Assembly (NCBI GenBank): GCA_024679065.1
Contig: JAGIQG010000040.1
Coordinates: 8,866,001 to 8,930,000, forward strand
From: Sphyrna mokarran
Lineage: Eukaryota
Reading direction: 5' to 3'
Length of the DNA: 64,000 nucleotides
The position numbers and the translations under genes were made by a program. A model generated the notes under the pieces. The model searched no databases. It was not told the origin of the DNA and saw nothing but the letters and a program-made list of their open reading frames with translations. Below, piece after piece: positions 23,712 to 35,712 of this stretch (the first letter of the stretch is position 1; each line of letters starts with the position of its first letter).

Positions 23712-24992
23712 ATAGAACATTACAGCGCAGTACAGGCCCTTCGGCCCTCGATGTTGCGCCGGCCAGTGGACCCTCTAACCTAAACTATTCCAATATTATC
23801 CGTATGCCTATCCACCGACCATTTGAATGCCCCCAAAGTAGGCGAGTCCACAACTGCTGCAGGCAGGGCATTCCACGCCCTCACCACCCTCTGTGTAAAG
23901 AACCTGCCTCTGACATCCGTCCTATAACCACCACCTCTTAATTTAAAGTTATGTCCCCTCGTGTTGGTCATCACCATCCGAGGAAAAAGGCTCTCACTAT
24001 CCACCCTATCCAGTCCTTTGATCATCTTATACGCCTCAATTAGGTCACCGCCTAACCTTCTTCTCTCTAATGAAAATAACCTCAGGTCCCTCAGCCTTTC
24101 CTTATAAGGCCTTCCCACCATACCAGGCAACATCCTGTTAAACTTCCTCTGCACCCTTTCCAATGCTTCCACATCTTTCTTATAATGCGGCGACCAGAAC
24201 TGTATGCAATACTCCAAGTGCAGCCGCACCAGAGTTCTGTGCAGTTGTAACATAACCTCACGGCTCCTAAATTCAATCCCTCTACCAATAAAAGCTAACT
24301 CACCGTACGTCTTCTTAACAACTTTATCAACCTGGGTGCCAACTTTCAAAGAGCTATGTACTTGTACCCCAAGATCCCTGTGCTCGACAACACTCATCCT
24401 ATTTCTGGATGAGTACATGGGATCCAATGGAATTGGGGGTTATAGATAGGTCTATGGCTGGGTAGGTTTTGATGTGTTCGGCACAACTTGTGGGCTGAAG
24501 GGCCTGTTTGTGCTGTAGTGTTCTATGTTCTATGTTCTATTAAGGGTCCCTCCATTAGCTCTATGTTTCATACGCCTGTTATTCCTACCAAAGTGAATCA
24601 CCTCACACTTATCCGTATTGAATTACATTTGCCACCTCACCGCCCAGCTCTGCAACCTATCTATGTTCCTCTGCAAACTGTAACATCCATGCTCGCTGTC
24701 TACAACTCCCCCCACTTTGATATCGTCAGCAAATTTACTAATCCAACCCTCTACACCCTCATCTAGGTCATTTATAAAAATGACAAACAGCAATGGCCCC
24801 AAAACAGATCCCTGAGGTACACCACTTGTAACTGCACTCCAGGTTGAATATTTCCCATCAACCACCACCCTCTGTCTTCTATCAGCTCGCCAATTCCTAA
24901 TCCAAACTACTAAATCACCTTCAATCCCATGCTTCTGCACTTTCTGCAGTAGCCTACCAAGGGGAACCTTATCAAACGAACCTTATCAAACG
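23712..24992 (-). mobile_element. CR1 RT/3' fragment, left arm only, with a nested + strand CR1 3' end (~24396-24540)
   Basis: ORFs 23780-24427 and 24623-24940 ([15 protein letters not shown]). Inserted in a (CA)n/(TA)n microsatellite that is uninterrupted at ~52520-52570. Confidence 0.92.
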
Positions 24993-25006
24993 CACACATA
25001 TGTGTG

Positions 25007-25056
<50 letters not shown>

Positions 25057-25379
25057 AAAATATTTCAACACTCTTGTTCCTGCTAATCATGTGCTGATAT
25101 TGATTTCCCGTAATACAAATTTAAACACACGACTGAATCCTCCCCGGATTTCACTATTCTGTTACTGAGGTTTCTGAGATGCACCAAAGAATTATTTCAT
25201 TCACTCTCTTGATATCGCCGTGCCCATTGCATAGAATAAACGTAAACAGCAAACTCTGAAAAATATGCTCCATTAGTCGGATTGTTTGGATCACGTTCAG
25301 TTAATAATTGCCGGTGAAACTTGGAGCAACAGTTAGAAAATAGACATACTGATAACACTGCACAAAACTCTCACAATTA

Positions 25380-26240
25380 GAAATACAGGTGTAGGCGTAC
25401 ACATACACACAAACACGAATATATCAACTCGCGCTTGTATAAACTGATACTAAAACAACAACAAACGTTGATAATCAAATACAAACAAAACACGGACACA
25501 TATACACATAAAACATAGAAGTTTGTACACTTACGTGAGAAGGTACACAAACCCAAACACTAACATAGACATGCATAGATACAATCCAGACACATGCATG
25601 AGACCCATATAAATGCATAAACACGCACGCGCGCACACACACACACACACACACATATCAAATAAGTTCCTCAAACATATATATTCATTAATTTATAGCA
25701 GACGTTCACGCTGACAGGAATCTTGATGTAGAGATACACAATGTTATACACATTAACAGACATATATGGAAATGCATATAAACAAATCAGCAGACTGCAC
25801 ATAGATGAATTGACAGCAAAACATTTGCACACGAACATGTAGACACAATCATTAACACGCTCATACAGAAGAGAACACCTTAGCACACATCATTACATGT
25901 CGAAACACAAACATATGTCAAGATATCGTTATAAAGAACTATCAACACGTATATACATTCATACATGTTAACAGGTACACACACAGACACATGGGGAAAC
26001 GGACACACACAGAAAGGGAAACAAACATTAATAGAATGACAGAAATTACAACATAGTAATAGATAGAAACACATGTGCACCCATTAAAAGTGGTATTAAC
26101 ACATGTATATAGAATTAACACAACAATAGTCATACATACATAATGACAGAAAAAAAAATATACACGGATGTAGACACACAACTAAACAAATCAACAAACA
26201 CAGGCAAATGAACGCGTGCATTAACGCTCTTGTACATATA
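25380..26240. repeat. AC-rich low-complexity tract
   Basis: Degenerate (AC)n/(ACAT)n; mirrored at ~51240-52080. Confidence 0.75.
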
Positions 26241-26875
26241 TTAACTCAGAGCCAAAGATGAGTGCAGACCACGAGATGCTGAAGCACACTCACATAAATG
26301 CAAAATCGTAAATACAAATGGTAGGTAAATGATGAAAGTAAAATTTAAACATGAATTTTAATGGCCATATTTACCAACATCTCGCCCAATGTACATTGCA
26401 CCAAAAACAAGTTGAGAAACTAAATTAAGCTAGTGATCTACTAACCATTTCCACCATAAATAAGAAAAGAATCGGAAATTATATCCTAGCTCTTAGACAG
26501 CAACATTCACAGTTTACAGATCAGTAACCATCTGTGAAAACAATCATTGATCAGTGAACGTTCCCCCATATCAGTCTCAACATTCTTCAATAAGAGTTAG
26601 TGCCAAATTGATCAAAAATGAACGGTTAGGCAAGAAAACGTCTTAGGGCTTCCTGATATGGATTGTCCATGGAATGTACATAAAAATCAACTGTGAAAAT
26701 AGTTATGGACATCGGTTATTGAGTGTCCTGAATTTGGCAGTAGATAGACATTAAAACTTATACAGAGAATAAATTAACAGTTTATGAGGGAGAACAGCGA
26801 ACAGAAAAAAGTAGCAATAAGATTCCCTGGATAAATAAAGTAATCTAATTTCAATTTCTGGTCTCCGCCTCCTAG

Positions 26876-27003
26876 ACCCCACCGACCGCATCTGGATTGA
26901 AGACAATGAGGATGATAACAGCAACATCTGGACAACTGCTTCTACATTCATCGTCCTGTTCTTCCTGAGCATTTTCTATAGCACTGCCGTCACTCTGGTG
27001 AAG
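26876..27003 (+). CDS. IGHM: IgM TM1 exon, left copy
   Basis: (D)[42 protein letters not shown] with CART motif; ag/gt boundaries. Confidence 0.96.
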
Positions 27004-27144
27004 GTGAGATGATTCAATTCGGTCACATTTCAAACTGGCAGAACGCATTTGAAAAAATCTCTCAATGTTTCACTGATTAAAAACTCTTAACATTAATGAA
27101 CCGCATCATAAACACCTGCTTCATTATTGTATCGTTATTTTCAG

Positions 27145-27153
27145 ATCAAATGA
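27145..27153 (+). CDS. IGHM: IgM TM2 exon (IK*), left copy
   Basis: ttttcag|ATC AAA TGA, giving a KIK cytoplasmic tail; conserved in the right copy. Confidence 0.9.
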   Translation: MK

Positions 27154-28654
27154 TGGGTTAAATTTTGGACGATGCCGATTTTCCTCAGCGAATTATCAAG
27201 ATCTCTGTATGGTTCATTCACAACATCTCCTCTTGGTGACTCAATCAGTAAATGTCTAACGGTTTATCATTCTGAATTTGAAACTGAAGCAATCTTAAAC
27301 CTTATTTCAGTTTTCAGTGTGAAATATAGGAGCCATTTTTTGTTATAAATGTAATTGTGATTAATAGTTTTCCCGTAGTTTAAATTTCATGTCTAAATAA
27401 GAAACTGTTCTAATTAGTTATTCATATTTGTTAATTCCTCATTTTATGAATGTCCTGCTTTCACTTTCTGGTATATGGAACATATGTATAAATATTGACG
27501 GATTCCCAGTATATGTGTTCTGTTCTCAATGTGAAGCTCGATGGCTATGTTAACTTTCGTGACTTTAAAAATAATTTTGCTGTAAAATTTTCTCTGAATT
27601 TTTAAAATAAATATTGAATAAAACTTTAACCATCTCTGGCTAGGTTTAATTCTGTTCTCCAAACCCATCACCTCCACTCCATTTTCCCTATTACACTGTT
27701 CCCCCCCCCGCCTTTCCCAGGCAGATTTTTTCCCCCAGTCATGTGTGGGATGTGGTTGAACTCAGGCCGTTTAGTCACTGCACCATCAAGTGACCCGTCC
27801 GTGTAAAGACACCTTCATCTCTGCCTTTAGAAGATAAAATCCAGACATAGAATGAGTGAAGAATGAGGAGACCTCGGTGATTTTACTCATAAACTGGTCT
27901 GTCACTGACCGAGTTGCAGGTAATTCTAAACAGCAAAGGTTCTGCTTCATCAGCGGCCGATGCAGGATCGTGTTTGGCAGGAAATAGTTTCCTTTATCCT
28001 GCCTCTTAAAAACACTACCAGAGTCGCTACAGTGTGGGTTAACAGAGTAAGATTCTTTGTATATCGTCCGATGAAATACTTACAAGGCAGGCATACCACA
28101 CGCTAGATGGACAATACAAACAGAACAGAGGTGCAAACCATGAGGTGAAACCAAGAGATTGAGGCGTATTTCACATTAGCACATAATATATTACACATTT
28201 CCAAATTATAGCGAGTGTTATGGGATAATTTGAGGTGACCAACACTATTTTGAACTTCAGACAATATAAAACTCACGAGGCAGGTATCTCTGTATAAAGA
28301 CGTAATATTTATTTAAAACAAAGACACAACAAACAGCTGCTCGGAGATGACAGAAAAAGGTTAGGTGGCTCTGGGATACAGCGACAGGAACTTTCCAATG
28401 AATCTGACGTGTACAATCAATAACAGATCAATTATAGATGTTCTTACCGATCATTCCCGCCTCATATTAGTTTAAAAAATCAATTACGTTCTGTAAACAT
28501 ACAGCAATAATAATTCCTGATAAGTTGCTCAGCCAATGGCATTTCACAACACAACACAACACAGCATAATGATAACTCCTTCATCCATTTAAATCGGAGG
28601 CTGACTCCTCTGTAATCTGTATCTGAGAGAATCAGAAAGGTAAAACAGAGTGAT

Positions 28655-29335
28655 TCAGTCACAGAGTTCTACTGCATGGAAGCAGGCCCTTCGGCCCAAC
28701 ATATCTATGTCACCCTTTTTAAACTAGTGAAATGTTCCCTATTGCCCGCGTTTGGCGCATATCGTCGATAACCATCTTATTCGTGTAACTGTCATAGCGT
28801 TTTTTTTAAGACAAAATTATACTCGTCTGTACCACTACCTCTGGCAGCTTGTTCCAGAGATTCACGAATCTTTGTGTGAAAAAAATATACCTGTGGACTC
28901 TTTCATAACTCTGCCTTCTCACGTTAAACCTATACCCTCTAGATTTAGACACCAATGCAGTTGGGAAATGATACGCACTGTCTAACTGACCTATGCCCCA
29001 TATTACTTTATAGATCTCTATAAGATAGTCAATCAGCCTCCGGCACTCTGAAAAAAAAAAGCCTATCTAACCACTTCTTATAACTCAAACAATCAAACAA
29101 CCAGGAGCATATTTGCAAATCTTTTCTGCATTCTTTCTTATTTAATAATATCTTTCCTATAATAAAGTGCCCAGAACTGTACACAGTATTCCAATGTCTA
29201 GTACAACGCCTGCAGTCAATGTCCTCACCAATGAAACTGAGCATGTCGAATACCTTCTTCATCATCATGTCCACCTATAACTCCACTTGTAATGAGCTCT
29301 GACCTTGTATCCCTGGATCTCGATATTTTATAATT
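28655..29335 (-). mobile_element. Old degenerate CR1 3' fragment
   Basis: aggcccttcggcccaac tail and decayed ORF2 similarity. Confidence 0.75.
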
Positions 29336-30682
29336 TTCCTAAACGTCCTACTATTTTGGTGCTTTAGTGATTCGTGTTCAGCCCTTGCAGGTTCACAGGC
29401 TGGTTTCGATATATGAACAAATAATGTTTTTGATAAGCAACGCTGAATTGCTTCCTGGTCGAAAGCAATTCTGTCAGCATCAGTGGAGTGAAAATTTGAG
29501 GTTTTGCTTCCGAACTGGAGATGTCACATGGGCAACAGGCTGAGAACAAACACAGATAGTGAAAGGCAGTGATAGGATGCAAAGCTCTGACGATGTTGAC
29601 GGTGATTCAAGGTAAAAAAAAAACTGCGCGGTAACAGGTCAGATTTAACCGTGTACACTGACAGAAATGTCACTCATTTCTGGATGAAATTCTCGGGCTA
29701 AATGTCAAGAAAACTTCTCACTCTATTAAATATTAAATTATTTGACTTCATTCAGAAAGCAGTAATTGTGAGATTAACAAAGCGGGAGAGAAGAAAGCTC
29801 AGTTTGAACTGTGATACTGCTGGAGGAATGCAGAACTGAAGTTCACCCGGGAAAGCAGCAATGTTTAAAGTTAATGGGAAGCAATCACGCTGTTCTTGTC
29901 CATCATTCACTGTGTCAGATAATCCACCCTGTTTTGCTCGTTTTCACAAACTTTCTCTTGTATTTTCTCCACTGTGTGATTCCTGTCTTAAATGCCAAAA
30001 AAACCTCATCAGCTCAATTAATCTTTCGTGCGAAACAAGAACAATTCTGAAATCAGAATCATTTGGGAATGTTTCCACCAGGTTTTCAAATCGGGAGCTT
30101 GCACAAGAGGCCAACGTGATAATCACTACATTTCAGAAACAAGGCAATGCATGAATGCAGATTCGGCTAACTGGTGGAACATCTAAACTCGTTTCAAGAC
30201 CGCCAGTTACTCGTTTTGCATGGTTTCTGCAGGTTCTTCCAATCAAAATGAATAATGGTACATTCTATCGCATTCAATTCTAGTCATCACATGTTGGCCA
30301 AATGTGCTCATAACGTTTAATGTAACTTAAGTGAAAACCTGACAGTGGGATGGGGGGTGGGATTTGATCCCATTCCTCCACAAATATCGCTATCCTAAAC
30401 TTAGTCTCCCCATCAACGACATCAGCAGGGGTTATTGCAATAGGAACTGGCATTGGCTTTGAACAGGATCAAGGCAGTTGAATTAAATCACATTTCCCAT
30501 TGAGTCTCCTCCGCCATTTAAAATCAAGACGGATCCCCAGCTCAACAATCACCTCATTTCAGGAACCAATTCAGTGAAAATTAATTCCATCTAAACAGGG
30601 AGAGAATAGAAGGAACGAAAACAAAAGAGAGAAATAGATAATTGGACTGAAAGAGGAAAGACCAAGGCAGATGTGCAAAGAG

Positions 30683-31093
30683 AACATAGAACATAGAACA
30701 TTACAGCACAGAACAGGCCCTTCGGTCTTCGATGTTGCGCCGACCAATATAAAAAGCAATGCCCCTCCAAACTAAACCATTCCCTTCTCTTCCATATACT
30801 TATCAACTAACCTCTTAAACGCCACCAAACTTGGCGCCTCTACAACTGCTGCAGGCAGGGCATTCCACTCCCGAACCACCCTTTGGGTAAAGAACCTACC
30901 TCTGATATCGTCCTATAACTATCACCCCTTAATTTAAAGCTGTGTCCCCTCGTGCTAGCTTTCTCCATCCTAGGAAAAAGGCTATCACTGTCCACCCTAT
31001 CTAAACTTCTAATCATCTTATATGTTTCGATAAGGTCCCCTCTTAGCCGCCTCCTTTCTAACGAAAACAACCTCAAATCCCTCAGCCTCTCTT
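30683..31093 (-). mobile_element. Young CR1 3' fragment
   Basis: ERLRDLRLFSLERRRLRGDLIETYK; (atagaac)n tail. Confidence 0.93.
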
Positions 31094-31479
31094 CAGAAGG
31101 AAACAAATATAGAGGCAGAGTGGGGTAGTCAATGAACGGAACAGATACAGTTCACCATTCCTTAGGTTTTCAAGAAGGGAAAAACAAACAAACTTGGAAG
31201 CATTAGAAAGAGTAAGTATTACAGCCCTAAAAAAATAGTCTGGCAATTGATGCAGAAGAATTGAATTTTAGAACTTGCCGTAACCTTTGCTATGCTATTC
31301 CTCAGCTATAGCACTGGCACCTAACTGCCAATGATACAATTTGCCCAAGATTGCCCACTTTACAAAAACCAGTTCAAATCTAACACCACCAATAACCATC
31401 AGCCTACTCTTGATCACTAGTAATGTCATGGAAGAGGCAATAAGCAATAGTATCAATGGGTACCCCAATGCAAACTGGG

Positions 31480-32045
31480 GGAACATCACCCGATCTCCCG
31501 ATTCGGTACTTACTGCGTTCCGGACTGAACAATGCGTTCAACAACTTCAGAGCATCTCTTTTCCTCCATTTTCACCCCATTTCTTGTTATTTTGCTTCAT
31601 TTCATACATCTTATTTATTCATTTTTTTACTATTATATATTTTCATAACTTCCATTTCACATTGGTTATTTAAAATCTCGCTTTCTATCTTGTTGCCCCC
31701 CTCTCCCTCCACCCCACTCGGACCTTCTCTTACACTTTCTTTGTCCTGCCTTTTACACATTCTGATCTCCTAACAGACAACCATCAACACATTTCTTATC
31801 CACGCTCACTACTATTTAAATTCCGCTTGTTTTTGTATTTATATGTGAGTCTTCGCCACCAATCCAACAAGTATCCCTCACCATTACAGTATAAATAAAT
31901 GCCTTTGTCTTCAGCTCTGATGAAGTGTCATCCGGACTTTGAACGTTAGCTCTATTCTTCCTTCACCAATGCTTTCAGGTCTTTTGAGGTTTTCCAGCAC
32001 GTTAAGTTCTTCTTTCAGATTCCAGAATTTGCAGTAAATTTGTTC
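31480..32045 (+). mobile_element. Penelope-like element remnant
   Basis: Decayed ORF end SGLNNAFNNFR, a pyrimidine-rich tract, then ctgatgaagtgtcatccggactttgaacgttagc. Family assignment is from memory of Penelope-like termini. Confidence 0.55.
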
Positions 32046-32161
32046 ATATTTAGAAGCATTTCTTCTAATCCGCAGACAGAGTTGCCGCTGGTATATATAA
32101 AGAAATGCTGAAATAGAAACAAACGCCAGTAACATAGATTAGATTCAAAAATCTTGAAGGC

Positions 32162-32227
32162 ACCCTTGGTGTCCATTGGTTAGGATTCGGCGCATTCACC
32201 GCAGCGGTTGGATTCCCGGGCAGGGAA
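32162..32227 (+). pseudogene. tRNA-Glu(TTC)-derived pseudogene
   Basis: tggttaggattcggcgcattcaccgcagcgg...gattcccgggcagggaa matches vertebrate tRNA-Glu but lacks part of the variable/T stem. Confidence 0.8.
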
Positions 32228-32299
32228 TGAAGATTTCTTGTAGCACATGATTTATGTGGAGTTGGTGTTGTTTCCTGATCGAAAACATGAGTGATATTG

Positions 32300-33225
32300 G
32301 TGCCAGACTTGAGGTTGTGTGTTATGAGGAGCGACTGGATAAACCGGGACTTTTCTGGAGCGCAGGAGGGTGAGTGGTGATGTTGTAGAGGTCTACAAAA
32401 TGACTCTCAAAAGTGTAACGGCGGGACAGCTGACAAGTCATGGGAAGGCAGAATGAACGGCAGGATGTTTGGATGTACGGAAGAATATAGAGTCCTTGTG
32501 GTCCATATCCAAAGATCCGTGAAAGCAGCGGGTCAGATGAAGTGATAAGAGTTCACATGGTGTACTTGCCTTTATTAGCAGAGGTATTGATGAAAAGTGA
32601 TAGAATTGTGATAGCTGGAGCCGTATAAAATTCCCATTATGCCACGGTTAGTGTACCATGTGCAGGTTCATTAGGATGGTAATGGTGCCGAACCACTTTA
32701 ACAAGGAGAATAAGTTCGAATCACTACACATTCGAGGGTTCGGTTCACTACACATGCAGATGTGGTTCTATTGGAAAGGATATTAAGGGCATTCAACAGG
32801 GTTCTGCCTGGGCTGAAATTTGCGGCAATGAAAAGAAGCTGGATAGGCTGGCGTTATTTTCCTTAAAGTTGAGAAGAATGAGAGGGGCCGCACTGATTTG
32901 TACCAAAATATGAGGGAGATGCCAGATGAGAATAACCATTACCCTTAATAAAGGTATCAATAAGCAGGGGCATGGATCTAAGGATAGGAGCATGATATTG
33001 ACTGGGGATTTACGGAAAAAAAGAACAAAACAAAAACTCGTTAACCTAGAAAATGGTGAGAATTGAGAACTCACTGCCAGAAAGTACGACAGGAGAAAGA
33101 ACCCTCATACTTAAGAAGCATTTAGATGAACACTTGAAACCTCGGAGCATGCAAGGAAGCGAATCAACTATTGCAAAATGGAATGTGATTAGATAGGGGT
33201 TATTTGGCCGAAGGGCCTCTTTCAA
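32300..33225 (+). mobile_element. Old degenerate CR1 fragments
   Basis: Decayed ORF2-like sequence ending in ttggccgaagggcctct; partly mirrored at ~47800-48445. Confidence 0.65.
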
Positions 33226-33442
33226 TGTTGGAAGTCCCCATCACTACATTATCTCTTCCAGGAAGTTAGCAACTGTGGTAACTCAGCATTCATTCAAAGC
33301 AATAACAGTGGTTGTGAGCACTGTATTATGGGCCTTACATCTCCTAAGTTCTGTATCTAAAGCCAAATAGTGTCTGATTCTAGAGAGACAGAATGCACAT
33401 TGGTCTAAGTTCGTGAAACCCAAGCACGTGCTCATGTGTGTT

Positions 33443-34332
33443 TTACCCAGTGACCTTGGTGAAGGGCCACAGCAGAACCTTCTTCAGGTCCTCTCGGAAT
33501 TTGGCCTGAGAGACTACGTAGATGAAGACGTTGTTGCAGGAACTGACTAGCTGAAGCAAGTTTGCTGTTTCCTGAAAGATGTACCGGGGGTCTTTGAAAT
33601 CCAGACTGGTGCGGTAACCCTCACCTGTAATCAGAACATAGAGGAAGTGTATGACAAAGGTGACCCAGAGGAGGAGGAAGCTGAGGGCGATGGCGAAAAG
33701 CAGGATGATGGACCTCTTGCGGTTGGCCATCTCTGGGTCCCCGTGACTCTCCGTGCCCCGGAGTCTCCTGCGAGCTCTGCTGGCCGCTAAGATGTGTTTT
33801 ACGGTCAGAGCGTTAAGAAGCAGGATGAGGAGGAACGGGAGAAACGGAGTTAAGATGCTATCCAGCCAGTCAAATGCCTGCCAGGCGGGCACTGTGTAAT
33901 AACTGGACTTAAAAGCACAGAACCAGGGCACCCCGTCCAGGATGTACAAAGGCTGGTAAGCGAAGTAGAAAGGGACATTCCTGACACAGCTCAGGGTGCA
34001 GACTATTCCTATAACCAGCAATGCTGTTTTCTCGGTACAGTATCTGGTCTTCAGCCTCTGGCAGCAGATGGCCACAAAACGGTCGATGGTGAAAGCCACT
34101 GTCAACCAGACAGATGAATCCCGTGTAAAATAGACCAGCAGATTGCTGAATGTACATGCAGGGGTGGTTGACAGGACGCTGTTCTGAAAGTAGATGCGGC
34201 CAATCCGGTTGAGGATTACGGCAGTGATGATGACAAGGAAATCAGTCAATGCTATCGCAATAAGATAGTAGGTGATGCATCGTGACAGTCCGCACCGTCC
34301 TCGGGATAAGATTATGATCGTCACCAAGTTGG
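33443..34332 (-). CDS. GPR139/GPR142-like class A GPCR, copy A, exon 2 (intact)
   Basis: Acceptor ctcacag; ANLVTIIILSRG..., IALTD, TPAC, SVWLTVAFTIDRFVAIC, WFC, LTPFLPF, NNVFIY, FREDL. With exon 1 the CDS is 960 nt (319 aa). Confidence 0.92.
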
Positions 34333-35460
34333 CTGTGAGATAGAAAGAGAGAGAGAGAGGTGTTACTGAGATGGCTGTAAACACCAACTGCTGCGCTAAC
34401 CAAACAGTTACTGAGAACAACCTCATCCTTCAGTTGCCAACTCCAGTCTCCAGTGATTGGAAAGTCTTGGCAATTAAGTTATTTTGAATTAGGGCAATCA
34501 GTCCAAATTGCAACTCTGCTCTCTGATCACTGAATTGATCCGCTCAGATAACTATCAAATTTCAGATTTCCGAAAATTTGTTGTCATTATTCTTATTGCT
34601 ACTAATCGCATCCATCCATCAGCCTATTAACCCCCATTCATTTCTGTTTTTATAATCTCGCCCTTCAAATTTTAAACTCCTCCAACATCTCACCTTTTTA
34701 GATTTTGTTAACATGCTACAACTATCTGAGATCACACCATATCTCTGATGTGGACTTCAATGCCCCTGATTTTCAGTGTTCCTTTACCTGCCGAGACCCT
34801 AATCTCTGGAACTCCTTCTTTCAAAGACTACACTTTCCCTTTGTGCTTCAGAACGATGCTCAGAAAAATAAATTCATTGAACAATTCTAAGTCATTTTGT
34901 CTGTCAGTAAAAGTTGATTGGTTGAAGCCTTGTGAAGTATCCCCATTCTACTTATCCGAGTGTCCGAAGAAACAAACGCCTCATCGCCTTCTCAAATGAA
35001 AGCTGGAGATGGACAAGACATTTTCTTGCCATATCTACATGCATACAGTTAGTGATTAAAATATAATTATCTGACATTTACCAGACTTACTAACACAAGA
35101 TAAAATGCAAATGCATAACCCCCACATATTTTCAAAAATTTCCATAATTAATTCTTAAAACTTCAGTAACAACGTGGAAGCCCAGTGCTCAGAACTAATC
35201 AATGATTACGAACTGCTGGTGGTCGCAGCATAGATTCATGTATCCACTGATGTTCTACGTCTAATTGAATTACTAGATTGCAATAGCTCATTTTCTGAGA
35301 TTGTGCATACCAGTGGATGAAATACAGATCACTTTACTGAAAACATTGGATCACGCTTTACTACATTCAAGTAAAACCAAATGTTCATCAATAAAAGGTT
35401 AATGTTTATGCAACGCAATATATTTCAAGTCATGAGAACTATTTGGGATCTTTCACCTAC

Positions 35461-35530
35461 CGGGAACACCAATAGCAGCGAGAATGGGATAAGAAATGGC
35501 GAAGAAGATACCTTTCGCTGGTCCATGCAT
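35461..35530 (-). CDS. GPR139-like GPCR copy A, exon 1
   Basis: MHGPAKGIFFAISYPILAAIGVP, phase-1 donor gtaggt; completes the TM1 GVP-AN motif; conserved in copy B. Confidence 0.88.
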
Positions 35531-35712
35531 CCTCTCCTAGAAAGTGAAATGAAGTTTAAACCTGAGTTTCGCGGTGGTTTCATTGTGCCCCACATTTATT
35601 CTGAGTGAGCGTCTCCAGAGGAATAATTAAGTTACAACCTGCACCTTAGTTACAGGTCGGTGAACAAACAGATTCGCTCATTGTTTTGTACCTCCACATT
35701 GCACCATTGGCA

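Noticed and set aside
31916-31950. Hammerhead ribozyme core in the Penelope-like terminus (CTGATGA...GAAC), with similar relics at ~37850 and ~38620
   Set aside because: The GAAA core and stem II are mutated, so these are at most inactive relics.
34333-34426. N-terminal part of ORF 33443-34426 (and of 46616-46709) as the GPCR start
   Set aside because: It is intron sequence with a polypyrimidine tract and acceptor; the real TM1 start is in the upstream 70-nt exon.
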